Positions 21,712 through 34,157 are shown, counted from the stretch's first letter. The stretch is 64,000 nucleotides of DNA from an uncultured Phycisphaerales bacterium (GCA_963844715.1 CAWJPJ010000007.1:64001-128000), one strand, 5' to 3'. A program made the numbers and translations. The notes: generated from the sequence alone by a model not told the origin.

Positions 21712-22683
21712 TTAGGGATGGGCATGGATCACTTTTTGCCAGTCCGGTAAACAGGCCTCGATTTCGGGCCTGGCAGCGGTCAGGAAGCTGCGCATCGTAT
21801 CGGAGGCCACTTGTGTATCGTCCCCGATGACCATCAATTCAATTTTTGCGTAATACCCATAACGCTGGGTGAGGCTCTGTAATCGTTGGCGGACCGCGAG
21901 GGGATCGCTCTCATAGGCGCCGTCCACATGGAAGACGTATGCGACGCATTTTGGTTCGGCGTTGCGTCCGGTTTGATCCTCAAAGCTGATGAAGCGAACG
22001 CCGACGAGAACGGGTGCGGCGGATCCTGGGGGCGTCAGGTCCCAGGTGGGTTCGTTGTAGGAAGAGGGCTCGTAACCGTCGGCGATATAGCAGCGGTCGG
22101 GAATGTGGGCGACGGTGTCGACAAGCCCGGTGTAATAAGTCAGGCCCATGTTGATGACGCCGACGGTCCGCTGTCGCTGGAGCCCGTAGCTGATTTTTTT
22201 GCAGTCTTCGGCGGTCTTGCCTAGCAGGGCATGCTCGACCATCGCTTTCTGCTCGGCGAAGGTCGCGGCCTGGAATTTGACGCGGAGCGCGGTGACGGCG
22301 GGATCCTCGGCTGGCGCATCGGCGACGTCGTCGTCTTTTTGCTCGGGCCTGGGGTGATTCAGGTTCCAGACATAGGCGAGCAAGTCCGCACCGCGCGTCG
22401 GGACGTCGATGTAATCACGATAAACGTATTTTTCGGTGCCCAGGACGTCCTGAATTTCCTTGTCGAGTTTTTCGTCCTGGGAAATTTGCAGCCAGGTTCC
22501 CATCAGGGCGGGAATTTCGTGAAAATCGCGCGGCTGGGGAACGGGCTCCTTCTTGAAATGGAGCCGCAGGGCTTGAGTGGCGGCGTTGAGGGTGACGGCG
22601 GCGACGAGCAGGATCGCACAAACGACGAGAAACGCGGGCTGCGACAGTGCACGGCGAATCGGCGAAACATTCGGGTTACTCAT
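21712..22683 (-). CDS. Exosortase-associated EpsI family protein
   Basis: N-terminal TM, EIPALMGTW, LGTEKYVYRDY, YYTG..DTVAHIPDRCYIADGY, YYAKIEL; directly downstream of the exosortase. Confidence 0.82.
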   Translation of the reverse strand: MSNPNVSPIRRALSQPAFLVVCAILLVAAVTLNAATQALRLHFKKEPVPQPRDFHEIPALMGTWLQISQDEKLDKEIQDVLGTEKYVYRDYIDVPTRGADLLAYVWNLNHPRPEQKDDDVADAPAEDPAVTALRVKFQAATFAEQKAMVEHALLGKTAEDCKKISYGLQRQRTVGVINMGLTYYTGLVDTVAHIPDRCYIADGYEPSSYNEPTWDLTPPGSAAPVLVGVRFISFEDQTGRNAEPKCVAYVFHVDGAYESDPLAVRQRLQSLTQRYGYYAKIELMVIGDDTQVASDTMRSFLTAARPEIEACLPDWQKVIHAHP

Positions 22684-24294
22684 ACGGCCTCCCGTTTTGA
22701 ATCCGGAGGAATGGGTTTGGGTGCTTGATTACCTTTGGGCGCCGCGGCGGCTTTGGGAGAAAGCGGGGGAACGGCTTTAACGGGTTTTGCGGCGGGGTTC
22801 GGAGGAACGTGCGCGGCGCGGGGCCTGCCGACGGCCAGATGCGAAAAAGGAGGCGGCGCGGGATACGCGCCGCGCCGGAAAGCGGCCCGGACGGAGGAAT
22901 CTTTGCAACGCCGGGTTTGGCCGAAGCGGGAGCGGAAGCCGGTCTGGCGGCGTTGTTCCTCGGAACGGCGGATGGCGCGGCGGATCTCGCGGCCATGGGG
23001 GGGGAGGCATTGGGGATCACCGGGGCGCGATCGACGGCGGGGGCTCGACGGATGATCGACCCGGCCGCGGGGGGCGGCACGATGGTCGGCGTCGCGGCGC
23101 GGCGGACGACCCGGGTGACGCCGCGGCGGTGGTCGGCTTCCTCAACGAATATCTGGTCCAGCACCCATCCCACCAGCAAAATGAGGAGGAAGGCGGGAAC
23201 CAGCATGATCATTCCGACGAACTGGTGCGCGAAATTTTCGGATAGCTGCTGACTGACATAGTGATCGAGCAAACCTTGTCCGGAGACGCGCATGACATTG
23301 CAGAAAATGGCGATGGGAATGGCGGAGAGGGTGATGAATATTTTTTGCCAGAGGGCGCGGCCGGAGAGGAAAGCGACGGCGCCGCCGACGGCGATGAAAG
23401 TCATGAGGGAGCGAAGACCGGCGCAGGCTTCAGCGACGTTGAGGGTTCGCATGACCCCGCCGTGGCCGGCGATGAAGATTTTGGTTCCAGCGGCGTGCGC
23501 CTCGACGCCGGTGATTTCCAGAGCGCGTACGGCGACGTTGGCGGCGAGCTGCTGAAGGGGACCGGCGATACGGCTGTACATGAGTCCGGGCCAGGGGATG
23601 CCGCAGACGAGAAAGGCGATGGGAAACCAGGCGGTCTGCATGACGCCCCAGTCGGTGAGTGCGAGCACGACGCCGAAAAGGGTGACGACCATCCCGAAGT
23701 CTTTGACGAAATCGTTTTGGCCGGGGTAGATGCCGTAGCCGAAGAGGGCGATTCCGAAGACGACGACGAACCCGCCGAACCAACCGGCGGAATGGGCTCG
23801 CAGATATTGAGCGGGCTTGGAGATTGGGAAGAACCAAAGTCCCGCCCCCAGGGCGGCGGAGGCGACGAGAGACAAAGCGGCGCCGATGCGGAAGAATTCG
23901 CCGGCCAATTCATGGACCAAAGCGAGCGTGAGCAGCATGGCCAGAGTGAGCAGCGCCCAAATGCGCATTGCGGCATTGCGCGGCGCGGCGCGGGCGGGAG
24001 CTGGGGATGAAGGAGCAACTCTCGATTCACATAGAGGTAGTAGAGGCCGATGATGGGCACGCCGATGGCGTGGCCCCAATTGGCTTCGCCGTAGAAGGGA
24101 TTTGTCTTATCCCAAAGGCGGCGGAGATTGGGCCAGAAGAGGGCACCGAAGAGAGCGGTGACGATGGCGATGCGGATCCAGACGGCCTGGGGAAGTCCGA
24201 GCCAATCGGGGGCTGGAGCGGCGGCCGCGGCATCGACGGGAGCGTCGGCGCCGCCGCTGTTGGCGTTGAGATCGATGGATTGCGGACTGCTCAT
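22676..24294 (-). CDS. Exosortase (EpsH family) with Pro/Ala-rich C-terminal tail; frameshift near 24000, possibly others in the tail
   Basis: N-terminal W..ANWGHAIGVP in ORF 23401..24420; catalytic motifs LNVAEACAGLRSL (Cys), CNVMRV (Arg) and FAHQFVG (His) in ORF 22676..24079. Confidence 0.9.
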
Positions 24295-24527
24295 CGGACG
24301 CCGATCGGTTATGCGCTGGCGCGAGCCTCCGGAACTCGAGCCAAGCGTATTTCCTTGCCATTCCCGCGCCGAATCGGCGGGCGTGGCGTACATCGCCAGG
24401 GAAAGAAGCGGCGCACACACACGCCGTTTGTTCGCGCCGCGTCATGCGGCGTCAAACCTTTCCCGACCAGCCTCCCTTGCAATCCCTGAAAGAGATCAAC
24501 CTGCGACAACTTCGAGTCGCCTGGGCG

Positions 24528-26091
24528 TTACAAGCCCAGGTCATTGCTTTGCGAACCGAAGTTGCGGTCATACAGGAATCCGAATCCGTAGTCGATGCGG
24601 AACGAGTTTCGAACGGCCGCGATAAACGGAGTCGCCGATATTCGTTCCGACGTACACGATATCGTTTGGCTTTAGATAAATATCGGGCATTTCTCCGCTA
24701 AGGACCTTGGTCAAGTCGATGCGGACGAAGACTTCCTTGTCGTTTCCGAGCTGTCGGATGATTTCCGATCGCCGGGGGATGGCCAAATCGTCACCGCCGC
24801 CGGCGGCGATCCAGGCTTCCTTAATGGTGACGGGCGTTCCGGTAAGGCTATAAACACCGGAGCGAAGAAGATGGCCGCCCATGTAATAGAGGCCGGTGAT
24901 GGGATCGGGCACGACGATCATATCGCCGGGTCGGACGACGATGTTGTACTTGAGTTCGCCATAATGCTGGAGGCGATAGATCGGGACGCGAATTACGCGG
25001 ACGTCGGTGGGTTCCTTGGGTCCGTTGAATTCAAACTGGCCCGGTTCCTCGGGGGCGCCCGGGGCGGCGGGTTGTTGTTCCGGAGGAATTGGGGCAGGCG
25101 GCGCGGCTTGCTGATCCTGCTGTTGCTGCTGCTGCTGATCCTGCGGGTTTGGAGCGGGCGTGGGGTTATTGGGGTTGGGAGCGGGCTTGCCCTCGATAAC
25201 GCCGGAAGCGCCTTCGTCGGAGCCGGGGGCGAGCAAGTCCTTGTTTGAGGAGCTGGTGGATTGATCCATCAGGACGACCTGCCTGGGATGGGACGACGGA
25301 TCGAGTTGCGATTGCGGACCGGGCGGAGGCGCCAGCAGATCGCCCGGAGGCGTCGTGGGCTGGGTGGCCGGGGCCGGGGTTTCAGGCTCGGGAGCTTCCG
25401 GTTCGGGTGGTTTGTCCGCGCTGAGTTTTCGAATGACGTAGACATAATCGACGCCGATGGTGGTTGCTGGACCGTGGGCGGCGACCATCGCATCGAGCAT
25501 GCGATAGTCGGGGCGAGTCAATTCATATTCGCCGACAGCGCCGACATTGCCGGTTACGGTGAACGTGCGTGCGCGGGCTTCGGCTACGGTTGCGGTGACG
25601 CGGGCTCGCTTAATCAAGTTTGCGTCTTCATAGGCCTTGGCGACGGCGTCTTCCAATTCATGTTCGGTGAGACCTTCTGCTTTGACGGGCCCGATGAAGG
25701 GAAGGCTGACCATGCCGGTTTCACTGACGCGGACGACCTTGGGAACCTCGCCGGTGCCTTCACCCATGAGGTCGAAGATGGTGATGCTGACGACGTCGTT
25801 TTTGCCGATGCGGTAATCGGAAATGATCGGTTCGAGGTCGGCTGGGGCGACGTCAACGGCCTGTGAAAAGACGGTGCTGGGCTCTTCGACGCTTCGATCC
25901 AGGGTGCTGAGAATAGGTACGACGAGATTTTTGGAATTGGGCGGGCGAATTTGCGGTTCAGCAGGAGCGATAAAGTCGTTGATTTCACCGACATTTGAAT
26001 CGCAGGCGGTGAGGGCAAACAAAAGAGGCAGGCACACTAGCGGCACCAAGGCGTACCGTATCTTGGATTGTAAACCGATTCCCCAGTGCAA
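24528..26091 (-). CDS. Polysaccharide export lipoprotein (Wza/SLBB family); C-terminal frameshift near 24640
   Basis: Lipobox-like LFALTAC, DYRIGKNDVVSITIFDL, VRVSETGMVSLPFIG, SLBB repeats, DIYLKPNDIVYVGT. The alternative frame gives PFIAAVRNSFRIDYGFGFLYDRNF... ending at TAA 24528-24530. Confidence 0.88.
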
Positions 26092-26317
26092 GATGCGCTC
26101 CTTTCACGTGAACGCGAACGCCGGCGATGTGTTTTTGCGCCGGACCGCCGTCAGACTGGACCAATTCGACAAGATTTGGCCTGCCCAAGGGCTACAGATT
26201 TATGACGGCGCGGCTATTTTGCAGAATATAGGGCCGATTAGCAACCGGGGGCCCAGTCTTCCTGAAAATCTCTTCCCTGGCCGTTTATCGACATCCGCTC
26301 AAATCCCCTTCAACGGG

Positions 26318-27855
26318 TTATCCAGCTTCTCTGGGGCTCCTCAAGCGGCGATGCTGCCGCTTGGGAATGGCGCTGGATATGGGACGCCGTTCAATCTTCA
26401 TGGACTGGGCGGGCAAATGTTTCAGCAAAAATGCGGGGCGATCGGTGCGTCCGCCCTGCTGGTAGTCGTCCCAAACGGTATACGCGATTTGGGCGGCGGA
26501 CTGGGCCATGGGACCGGTGAGAAAGTCGAATACGGCTTCGGCTAGGCGGTGAAGGGATATTCCATGGCTGGCGCTATGGCGGGCGTGCAGCCATTGGGAG
26601 AATCGCAGGAACCCCTGGAACGGGGAGCCCTTTTGCCAGATGAGGGGGGCGGAGCGGAGAAAATTGCCGCTGTTGGAGACCAGGTCCCAGTGGCGGGCGA
26701 ATCGGCGCAAGTGCTGCATGGTGGCGAAGTCGATGCATCGGGTTTGGAGGATTTCGTAGGGGGGATTGGGGCTGTAGACCATTTGCCATTCGTGGTCGTG
26801 GCGGACGATGGGCGTTCCGCGGAGGCGTTTGAGAAGGCCGACCTGGATTTCCTGGGGCCCGAGGGCAACGAGGCGATCGAAGCCGGCGGCGAAGCCGGGG
26901 ACGTCTTCGCCGGGAAGGCCGACGATCAGATCGGCGTGGACGTGGACGCCGGTTTCAGGCGCGGAGGAATTTCAAATTTCTCGCATAGGCGATCGACGTC
27001 CTGCTTTCGGCTGATGCGCGCGGCGACTTCGGGATTGAAGGTCTGGACGCCGACTTCAAATTGGAGTGCGCCGGCGGGAAGCGTCGGATGGCGGCGCGCA
27101 GGCCTTCGGGCAGTCGGTCGGGGATCATTTCAAAGTGGAGAAAGAGGCCGGCCGAATAGCGGTCGAGAAAGAATTCGAGAATTGCGCGGCTGAAATTGAG
27201 ATTGAGATTGAAAGTTCGGTCGACGAACTTGAACAGACGCACGCCGCGGTCGAGCAGGCGCTGCATGGCAGCGAGGAAGGATTCGAGGGGGACGTTGCGC
27301 ACGGGGATGTCGAGCGAGGAGAGGCAGAATTCGCAGGAGAAGGGGCAGCCGCGCGAGGCTTCGACGTAGATGACGCGATGGGCGACGTCCTGATCGTCGT
27401 AAAAATCGTAGGGGAGGAGGAGTCTGGAGAAGTCGGGCAAGTCGGCCGTGAGGGTGCGGACAAGGGGCTTTTGGCCGGCGAGGAGCTTTTGGCAGAGATC
27501 GGCGAAGGCGAGATCGGCCTCGCCGCAGAGGACAAAATCGGCCTGGCGGCAGATTTCGTGGGCGTCGGTCTCGTAGCTGACTTCGGGGCCGCCGAGAACG
27601 ATTTGGAGATCTGGGCGCAGGCGTTTGAGATCGGCGACAAGTTGCGCGGAGGGAGCGGCGTTCCAGATATAGACGCCGAGGCCGACGATTTTCTGGCGAG
27701 GATCGCCTCGGCGACGTCGAGAGGGCTTTGGGTGATTTCGAATTCGAGGATTTTTGCGCGGGGCGCAGAGGGCCGAGGTTGGCCAGGAGATAGCGCAAAC
27801 CGAAGGCCGCGTGGGCGTATCGAGCGTTGAAAGTGGTCAGGACAATTTCGGCCAC
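26318..27855 (-). CDS. B12-binding radical SAM protein (C-terminal DUF4080-like); several frameshifts
   Basis: [41 protein letters not shown] (CxxxCxxC); [19 protein letters not shown]. Confidence 0.85.
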
Positions 27856-27858
27856 GTC

Positions 27859-28604
27859 TTAATCCACACGGAAATCGCTGCAGGCATAGAGAATGGCGCG
27901 GCGGGGCCAGGCGGGATCGTAAAGGACGATGGCCTGATCCCCCTTGGAAAGATTTTCGCAGCGCCAGGCGGCGACGCCTTCGACGGCGTTGATGGTCTGG
28001 CCGTCGCGGGTGTTGAAGGTGAATTGGAATCGCGCGGTGGCGGAATCGCGGCCGATGACCTCTTTATCGATAATTCGACCGACGACGGCGGTGCCGCGCT
28101 CGATGAGGCGGCGCGGGATCGATCGAACGCGCAGATGGAGGAAGAGAACCAGGTTCCAAACGACGGTAAGGACCCGAAAGGGACCAGTGCGTGGTCCAGT
28201 ATTCGGGGGCGGGCTTTTCCATTTCGCTGATGCGACGGGAGCCGATGGTGACGGCGTGGACGCGCACTTCGGCGCCGATCATGAGATTTTTGTAGAGTTT
28301 GGGGGTGACGCCGTCGGAACCGGTAAGGGGTTTGGAGTTGGAGATGTAACCGTACTTGGCGCGATAGGCGATTCCACCGTGTCCGCTGGTGGTGGTGTAG
28401 AGCTGGACGACGCGGCCGTCGAGGGCGGGAGTGGCGAAGATGAGGAGCAACTCAGCCAGCGGAAACGCGAGCAAGCCGATGCCGACCAGGACGTAGGGTA
28501 AGAGGAGGAGTGCGGCCCATTTTCTGCGATAGCGGCGTGCGCGGCGCGGTGGCGATGCGCAGCTCCGCAGGGACGGCCAGGTTGGTCTGCGCGTCAGTGC
28601 CCAT
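27859..28604 (-). CDS. Hypothetical membrane protein (DUF3592-like repeats); frameshifted
   Basis: Joined frames give two TM segments and C-terminal KGDQAIVLYDPAWPRRAILY; TATACT -10 lies 8 nt before the ATG at 28604. Confidence 0.55.
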
Positions 28605-28655
28605 GGGGGGGAAGTATACGTATACGGCGGCCTGCCGTCGCACTAAAATCGGATC

Positions 28656-30432
28656 GTGCAGGGCGCCCCGCAATATTGTCGCAAGCGATGGCAAATTGAG
28701 CCGGCGCATCCGGAGGCGGGGGAATTGGCGGCACGGCTGAAGATATCGCCGCTGACGGCGCAGGCGCGTGCTATTGCGCGGCATGGGGGAAACGGAGGCG
28801 GCGGAGGCATTTTTGCGGCCGAATTTAAAGATGCTTGCGGAGCCGGGGCTTTTGCCGGGACTGACCGCCGCGGCGCAACGCATTGCCCGCGCGATCCGCG
28901 AAAAAGAAAAGATCGTCATCTACGGCGATTACGACGTGGACGGCATCACCGGAACGGCGATTCTGTGGCACGCGATCACGTTGCTGGGGGGAAATCCGGC
29001 GACTTACATCCCCCACCGCCTCGAGGAGGGATACGGGCTGAACGCGGATGCAATCAATCAAATTATCGACAACGGCGCGAAGTTGATCGTTTCAGTGGAT
29101 TGCGGGATCACGGGGATCGCCGAGGCGAAGATCGCGCGGGAGCGCGGGGTGGAGATGATTGTGACGGATCATCACGAGTGGCATGCGGACTCGGAGGGGA
29201 AGCCGCTACTGCCGGAGTGTTTTTCGATCGTGCATCCCCGGCTGAAGGGGGAGGCGGAATATCCGAATCCATTTTTGAGCGGCGCGGGGGTGGCGTTCAA
29301 ACTCGCATGGGCGATCGGCCAGGCGGCGGGCGGACAGGAACGGGTGAGCCAGACCTATCGGGAATTTTTGATCGAAGCGACGGCGCTGGCGGCGCTGGGG
29401 ACGATCGCGGATGTGGTGCCGCTGGTGGGGGAAAATCGGGCGCTGGCGGCGTTTGGACTGGGGGGATTGCGCGAGAGCAAGCTGACGGGGTTGCGGGCGC
29501 TGATCGAATCGGCGGCCCTGAGTGGGAAAAAGTTGGATAGCTATCACGTCGGGTTTCTATTGGCTCCTCGACTGAACGCGTGCGGGAGAATGGGGCACGC
29601 GGCGTTGGCCGTCGAGATGCTGACAACGGCAACGGAGGATCGGGCACGCGAAATCGCGGCGTATCTGGACGAGCAAAATCGGGCGCGGCAGGATTTGGAG
29701 AAGAAAATATTGGGCGAGGCGATGGCGCAGATTGAAGCGAATCATTGGGGAGATTCGACGCATCGGGCGCTGGTTCTGGCCGGGGAGGGATGGCATGCGG
29801 GGGTGATCGGGATCGTGGCGGCGCGGATCGTGGATCGCTTCCGCCGCCCTACCGTCATGATCGCGCTATCCAACGGCGTGGGACAGGGGAGCGCGCGATC
29901 CGTCGCGGGATTTCATTTGTCGAAGTCGCTGGAGCGGTGCAAGGAATATCTCCTGGCCTGGGGGGGACATGAAATGGCGGCGGGGTTGCGCATTCAGTCG
30001 GATCGGGTGGAGGCTTTCCGCGAGGCGCTGGACGGGGCGGCGCGGGAGACCGTTACAGACGAGATGCTCGTGCCGCAGCTTCGATTGGAGTGCGTGGCGG
30101 ATCTGGGACAGATGACCGAGGCACTGGTGACGGAGATGAGGCGGCTGGGGCCGTTCGGGCATGGGAATCCGCGGCCGGTTTTGTGCGTGCGGGATGTGTC
30201 GGTGGCAGCGGTGCCACGGCGCGTGGGGAAAACGGGGGAACATCTTCAGCTTATCGTGAAGCAGGGGCAGAGGAGCATTCGGTGCATCGGGTTTCGATAT
30301 GGGGAATTGTTCGATCGATTGGGGCCGGGAACGAAAATTGATTTGGCGGTAGAGCCGTCGCTGAATGAATTCAACGGGCGGCGGAATGTGGAATTGGAGA
30401 TCAAGGATTTGCAGTTTTGCGGGTCGGATTAG
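28656..30432 (+). CDS. recJ: Single-stranded-DNA-specific exonuclease RecJ; frameshift near 28768
   Basis: YGDYDVDG, IPHRLEEGYGL, SVDCGI, VTDHH, ALGTIADVVPL, APRLNACGR, GSARS, GGHEMAAG, PFGHGNPRP. Confidence 0.96.
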
Positions 30433-32480
30433 CGTTGGCTTCACACCAATCGCGCCAGATCTGGCGGTAGATGGATTCTAAATTGCGGGCGAGCTTGGGG
30501 CCGTCCATGAGGGGGCTGCGCTCCATTCGGGGGCGGAGGTCGGATCGTAATTGGGAGAGGCGCTGGAGATCGGAGGACCAATCGATCGCGATGCGCCGAA
30601 GTCGTCTTCGGTTTGGGCACACAACTGCATTAAATCGAGATTGGCGGCGAGGCTGAGTCCGGCGCGGCCTACGGGGGTGCGGCCGACGAGGGTGATGACG
30701 GGGACGCCCATCCAGAGGGCGTCGAGGCTGGTCATGTGGCCGTTGTAGGGCATGGTGTCGAGGCAGAGATCGATCTGGTTGTAATACTCAAGATAGGGGC
30801 GGCGGAGTTCGCGGCTGACGAAGTCGATTCGTTTCGGATCGACGTCCAATTTTTCCAGGACCCAATTCTGGGCGCTGCGGGCGGTGTGATGGAGGAGGAT
30901 GCGCGAATTGGGGACGGATTTGAGGATGCGGGACCAGAGGGCGAGGACGCCGTCGTTTATTTTGCAGAATTTGTTGAGGCTTCCGAAAGTGATAAAGCCG
31001 TTGCGCAATGCGGGGAGGGGCTGGACGGGCGGGGGATCGTCGATGAGGGGGTCGTAGCACCAATAGCTGTCGGGGAGACGGATGGATTTTTCGCTGTAGA
31101 AGGCGTCGTTTTGGCCGGGGGGATCGAGCCATGGGTCGGTGAGGCGGTAGTCGACGGTTTGCAGGCCGGTGGTGCCGGGGCAGGCTATGAAGGTGGCTTG
31201 CACCGGGGCGGGCTTGCGGGCGAAAGCGAGCAGGCGATTTTCGGAGGTGTGCATCGAAAGGTCCATGAGGATGTCGATGTGGTCGGCGCGGATTTGATCG
31301 GCCAGTTGCTCATCCGAAAGGTCGGCGCAGTTCCGCCAGACGTCGGCGCATTTTTTAGGCGCTGGGTGACCCAGTCGGAATCACGGACGGAGGAATAGCA
31401 GAAAATTTCTTGGGCAGCGTGATCGTGATTTTCCAGGAGGGGGACGGTGCAGAAGGACGTGGCGTGCTGACGGAAATCGGGGGAGACGTAGCCGATCTTG
31501 AGGCGGCCGGTGGGGTCGGGTGTATTGTAAAATGGGGGGAGGACGACGCGCAGGTGCTGGGCGTGTTGGCGGTCCCACTTGCGATGCTCTTCCAAAATGA
31601 TGGCGGGGTCGTAGGCGGGGTCGTACCAGAGACAGAAGACGAGATTGCTGTGGGCGACGGCGTTGTTGGGATTGAGTTTGACGGCGCGGCGGTATTCGGC
31701 GATGGCCTGGGGGACGCGGGCGACGTTTTTGAGGGCGCCGGCGAGCGCGTTGTGCAGATCGTCGGAGCCGGGCGGGTTTTCGGCGATCAATTTTTCGTAG
31801 AGGTCGATCGCTTCTTCAAGATCGCCGCGCGCGGCCAGGGCGTCGGCGAGGCCGCGGCGGGCCTGGGTGTAATCGGGCTTGAACTTCAGGGCGGCGCGGA
31901 AGGCGTCGACGGATTTGTCGAATCTACGCCAATCGAAGAGCGTCGTGCCGAGATTATTGTAGATTTCGGGAGTGGGTCGTAGGGCGATGGCGCAATTGAA
32001 GGCCTCGACGGCGTCGGCGTAGTCGCGCAGAGCGGCCAGGACGCTCCCGAGATTGGTGTGGGCTTCGAAGTAATCGGGGCGGAGAATGATGGCGCGGCGG
32101 AGGGCGGCGGCGGCTTCGTCAAAACGGCCGGCGGCGCACAGCGAATTGCCGAGATTGTTGAGGGCCTGGGGATATTCGGGGCGGAGCTGGAGGGCGCGGT
32201 TGTAACAATCTATGGCGTCGTCGTGGCGCTTCATCGAGGCGAGGACGGCGCCTAGATTGAAATGGAAATCAGGGCGCTTGGGATCGAGATCGATGGCTCG
32301 GCGGAGGGGGGCGAGGGCGGAAGAGGCGTCGCCGGACTTGAAGAGGGCCATGCCGAGGAGATGCTGGGCGTCGGCGTTTTGGGGCTGGTCGGAAGCGAGT
32401 TTTCGCAGGATCGCCGCGGCCTGGGGAACGCGGCCGGTTTGCAGAAGTTGCAGGGCTTCCTGGAGGGAGGATTGGGTCAT
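30401..32480 (-). CDS. TPR + GT41 glycosyltransferase (SPINDLY/O-GlcNAc transferase family); frameshifts near 31350 and 30600
   Basis: TPR array, AHSNL, RLKIGYVSPDFRQH, FARKPAPVQ, PGTTGL, FGSLNKFCKI, LDTMPYNGHMTSLDALWMGVPV. Confidence 0.9.
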
Positions 32481-34111
32481 GGTTTACCCTGGACGGCCAA
32501 TTTCAATTGGGAGGCGACTTCGGCGACGACTCCTGGCCAATCTCCGCGCGATTGCTGGCGGAACAGACGCATGGTCGGATACCACGGAGTAGTGGGCGAA
32601 TGCAACTGCCAGCGCCAGTCGGGGGCGGAGGAGATGAGCGTCCAAACCGGGCGGCCCATGGCGCCGGCGAGATGGGCCATGGCGGTGTCTACGGTGATAA
32701 CCAAGTCGAGACTCTCCAAGGCGGCGGCGGTGTCGGCGAAATCTTTCAAATCGGCTGAAACATCGGTCATCCACGAGGGGGCAGCCTCGTCTTTTTGCAA
32801 TGAGATCCAGCGAATCGCGCCTAAATCGGCAAGAGGCGCCAGTAGGCCGGAGGAAATGGAATGCACTGAATGGTCGGGGTGAAGCGGATTTTCGGACCAG
32901 ACGACGCCGCATTTGAAATCTGGAATTCCGGAGAGCCGTTTCTTCCAAATGTCGGCGCGAGCGGGATCGGCGCGAAGATAAGGCGCGGCGGGCGCGTCTT
33001 TGCTGAGTAAATTCGGCAGGCTCATGAGGGGAGCATGAAGGTCATACTCCGGCGGCGCGGTATCGGATGCGATGATTTTCAAGTCGGAGGAATCCTGGAA
33101 CAGCTTTAGCAATTGGACGGGGACCTGGACGACGACGTTTCCTCCATGGGCGGCGACGAGGGGGACGTAGCGGAAGAATTGGATATTGTCGCCCCAACCT
33201 TGCTCGGCATAGAGAAGAATTCGCCGGCCGGCCAGCGGCGTTCCGTCCCAGGGGGAGCCATGACTGGGATGCGGGAACGTGAGGAATCGTTCGAGCTTCC
33301 AGCGCCATTCGTACTCTTTCCAGCCGGCTTCGAAATCTCCAGTGAGGAGGAGCGCGATGGCGAGATTGAAATGGGCGGGGGCGAAATCGGGATGGGATTT
33401 GATGACGAGGCGATACTGATCGATCGCCTCCTGGACTTTTCCTACGCCGACGAGCGCGGCGCCGAGATTGTTGCGTAATTTCGCGTCTTCGGGGCGTAAT
33501 TCGAGGGCGCGGGAAAGAAAGGGAATGGCCTCGTCAGTTTTTTTTGCCTTTCCGAGGGCGGTGCCGAGATTGAAAACGATCTCGGGGGAATCGGGCCGGA
33601 GGGAGAGGGCTTTGCGGAATTCCTCGACGGCGGCGTCCGCGTGCCCGGCGAGGAGAAGGGCGTCGCCGAGGTTGTTGCGAACCTCGGCGGATTGGGGGAG
33701 CAGATCGGCGACGCGTCGCCAGGCGGAGGCGGATTCGTCCAGTTTTCCGAGTTTTCGGGTTGCGCCGGCGAGATTCTGGTACGCCTCGGCGTACTGGGGA
33801 TCCAACTCGACGGCGCGGCGGAACTCTGCGGCGGCGTCTTCGAGCTTGGCGGCGGCTTGGAGGGCGAGGCCGAGGTTGGAATGGAATTCGGGAGCCTCGG
33901 GGTCGAGGGCGGCGGCGCGTTGCATCAGGTCGAGAGCCGATTCGATATGGCCCTGCTGGAGTTCCAATACGCCCAGAAAATGCACGGCGTCGGGGTGATC
34001 GGGGGATTGGGCGAGGACCTGGCGGTAAAGGGAAGCGGCCTCGGAAACGCGGCCGGCCTGATGGTGCTTTTGGGCCGTTTCAAGCATGGATTCAAGCGAA
34101 TCGGGCTGCAT
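32477..34111 (-). CDS. TPR + GT9-like glycosyltransferase
   Basis: TPR array, GWKEYEWRW, WDG, LYAEQGWGDNIQF, LMSLP, DFADTAA, LDLVITVDTAMAHLAGAMG, DWRW, PWYPTMRLFRQ. Confidence 0.9.
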   Translation of the reverse strand: MQPDSLESMLETAQKHHQAGRVSEAASLYRQVLAQSPDHPDAVHFLGVLELQQGHIESALDLMQRAAALDPEAPEFHSNLGLALQAAAKLEDAAAEFRRAVELDPQYAEAYQNLAGATRKLGKLDESASAWRRVADLLPQSAEVRNNLGDALLLAGHADAAVEEFRKALSLRPDSPEIVFNLGTALGKAKKTDEAIPFLSRALELRPEDAKLRNNLGAALVGVGKVQEAIDQYRLVIKSHPDFAPAHFNLAIALLLTGDFEAGWKEYEWRWKLERFLTFPHPSHGSPWDGTPLAGRRILLYAEQGWGDNIQFFRYVPLVAAHGGNVVVQVPVQLLKLFQDSSDLKIIASDTAPPEYDLHAPLMSLPNLLSKDAPAAPYLRADPARADIWKKRLSGIPDFKCGVVWSENPLHPDHSVHSISSGLLAPLADLGAIRWISLQKDEAAPSWMTDVSADLKDFADTAAALESLDLVITVDTAMAHLAGAMGRPVWTLISSAPDWRWQLHSPTTPWYPTMRLFRQQSRGDWPGVVAEVASQLKLAVQGKP

Positions 34112-34157
34112 CAATGGGTAGTATGGCACATTCGCGGCTTTTTTCCCGTGTTTGTTC

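Noticed and set aside
25105..25145. CAG/poly-Gln tract in wza as a phase-variation switch
   Set aside because: Trinucleotide, interrupted and in a disordered linker; length change would not shift the frame.
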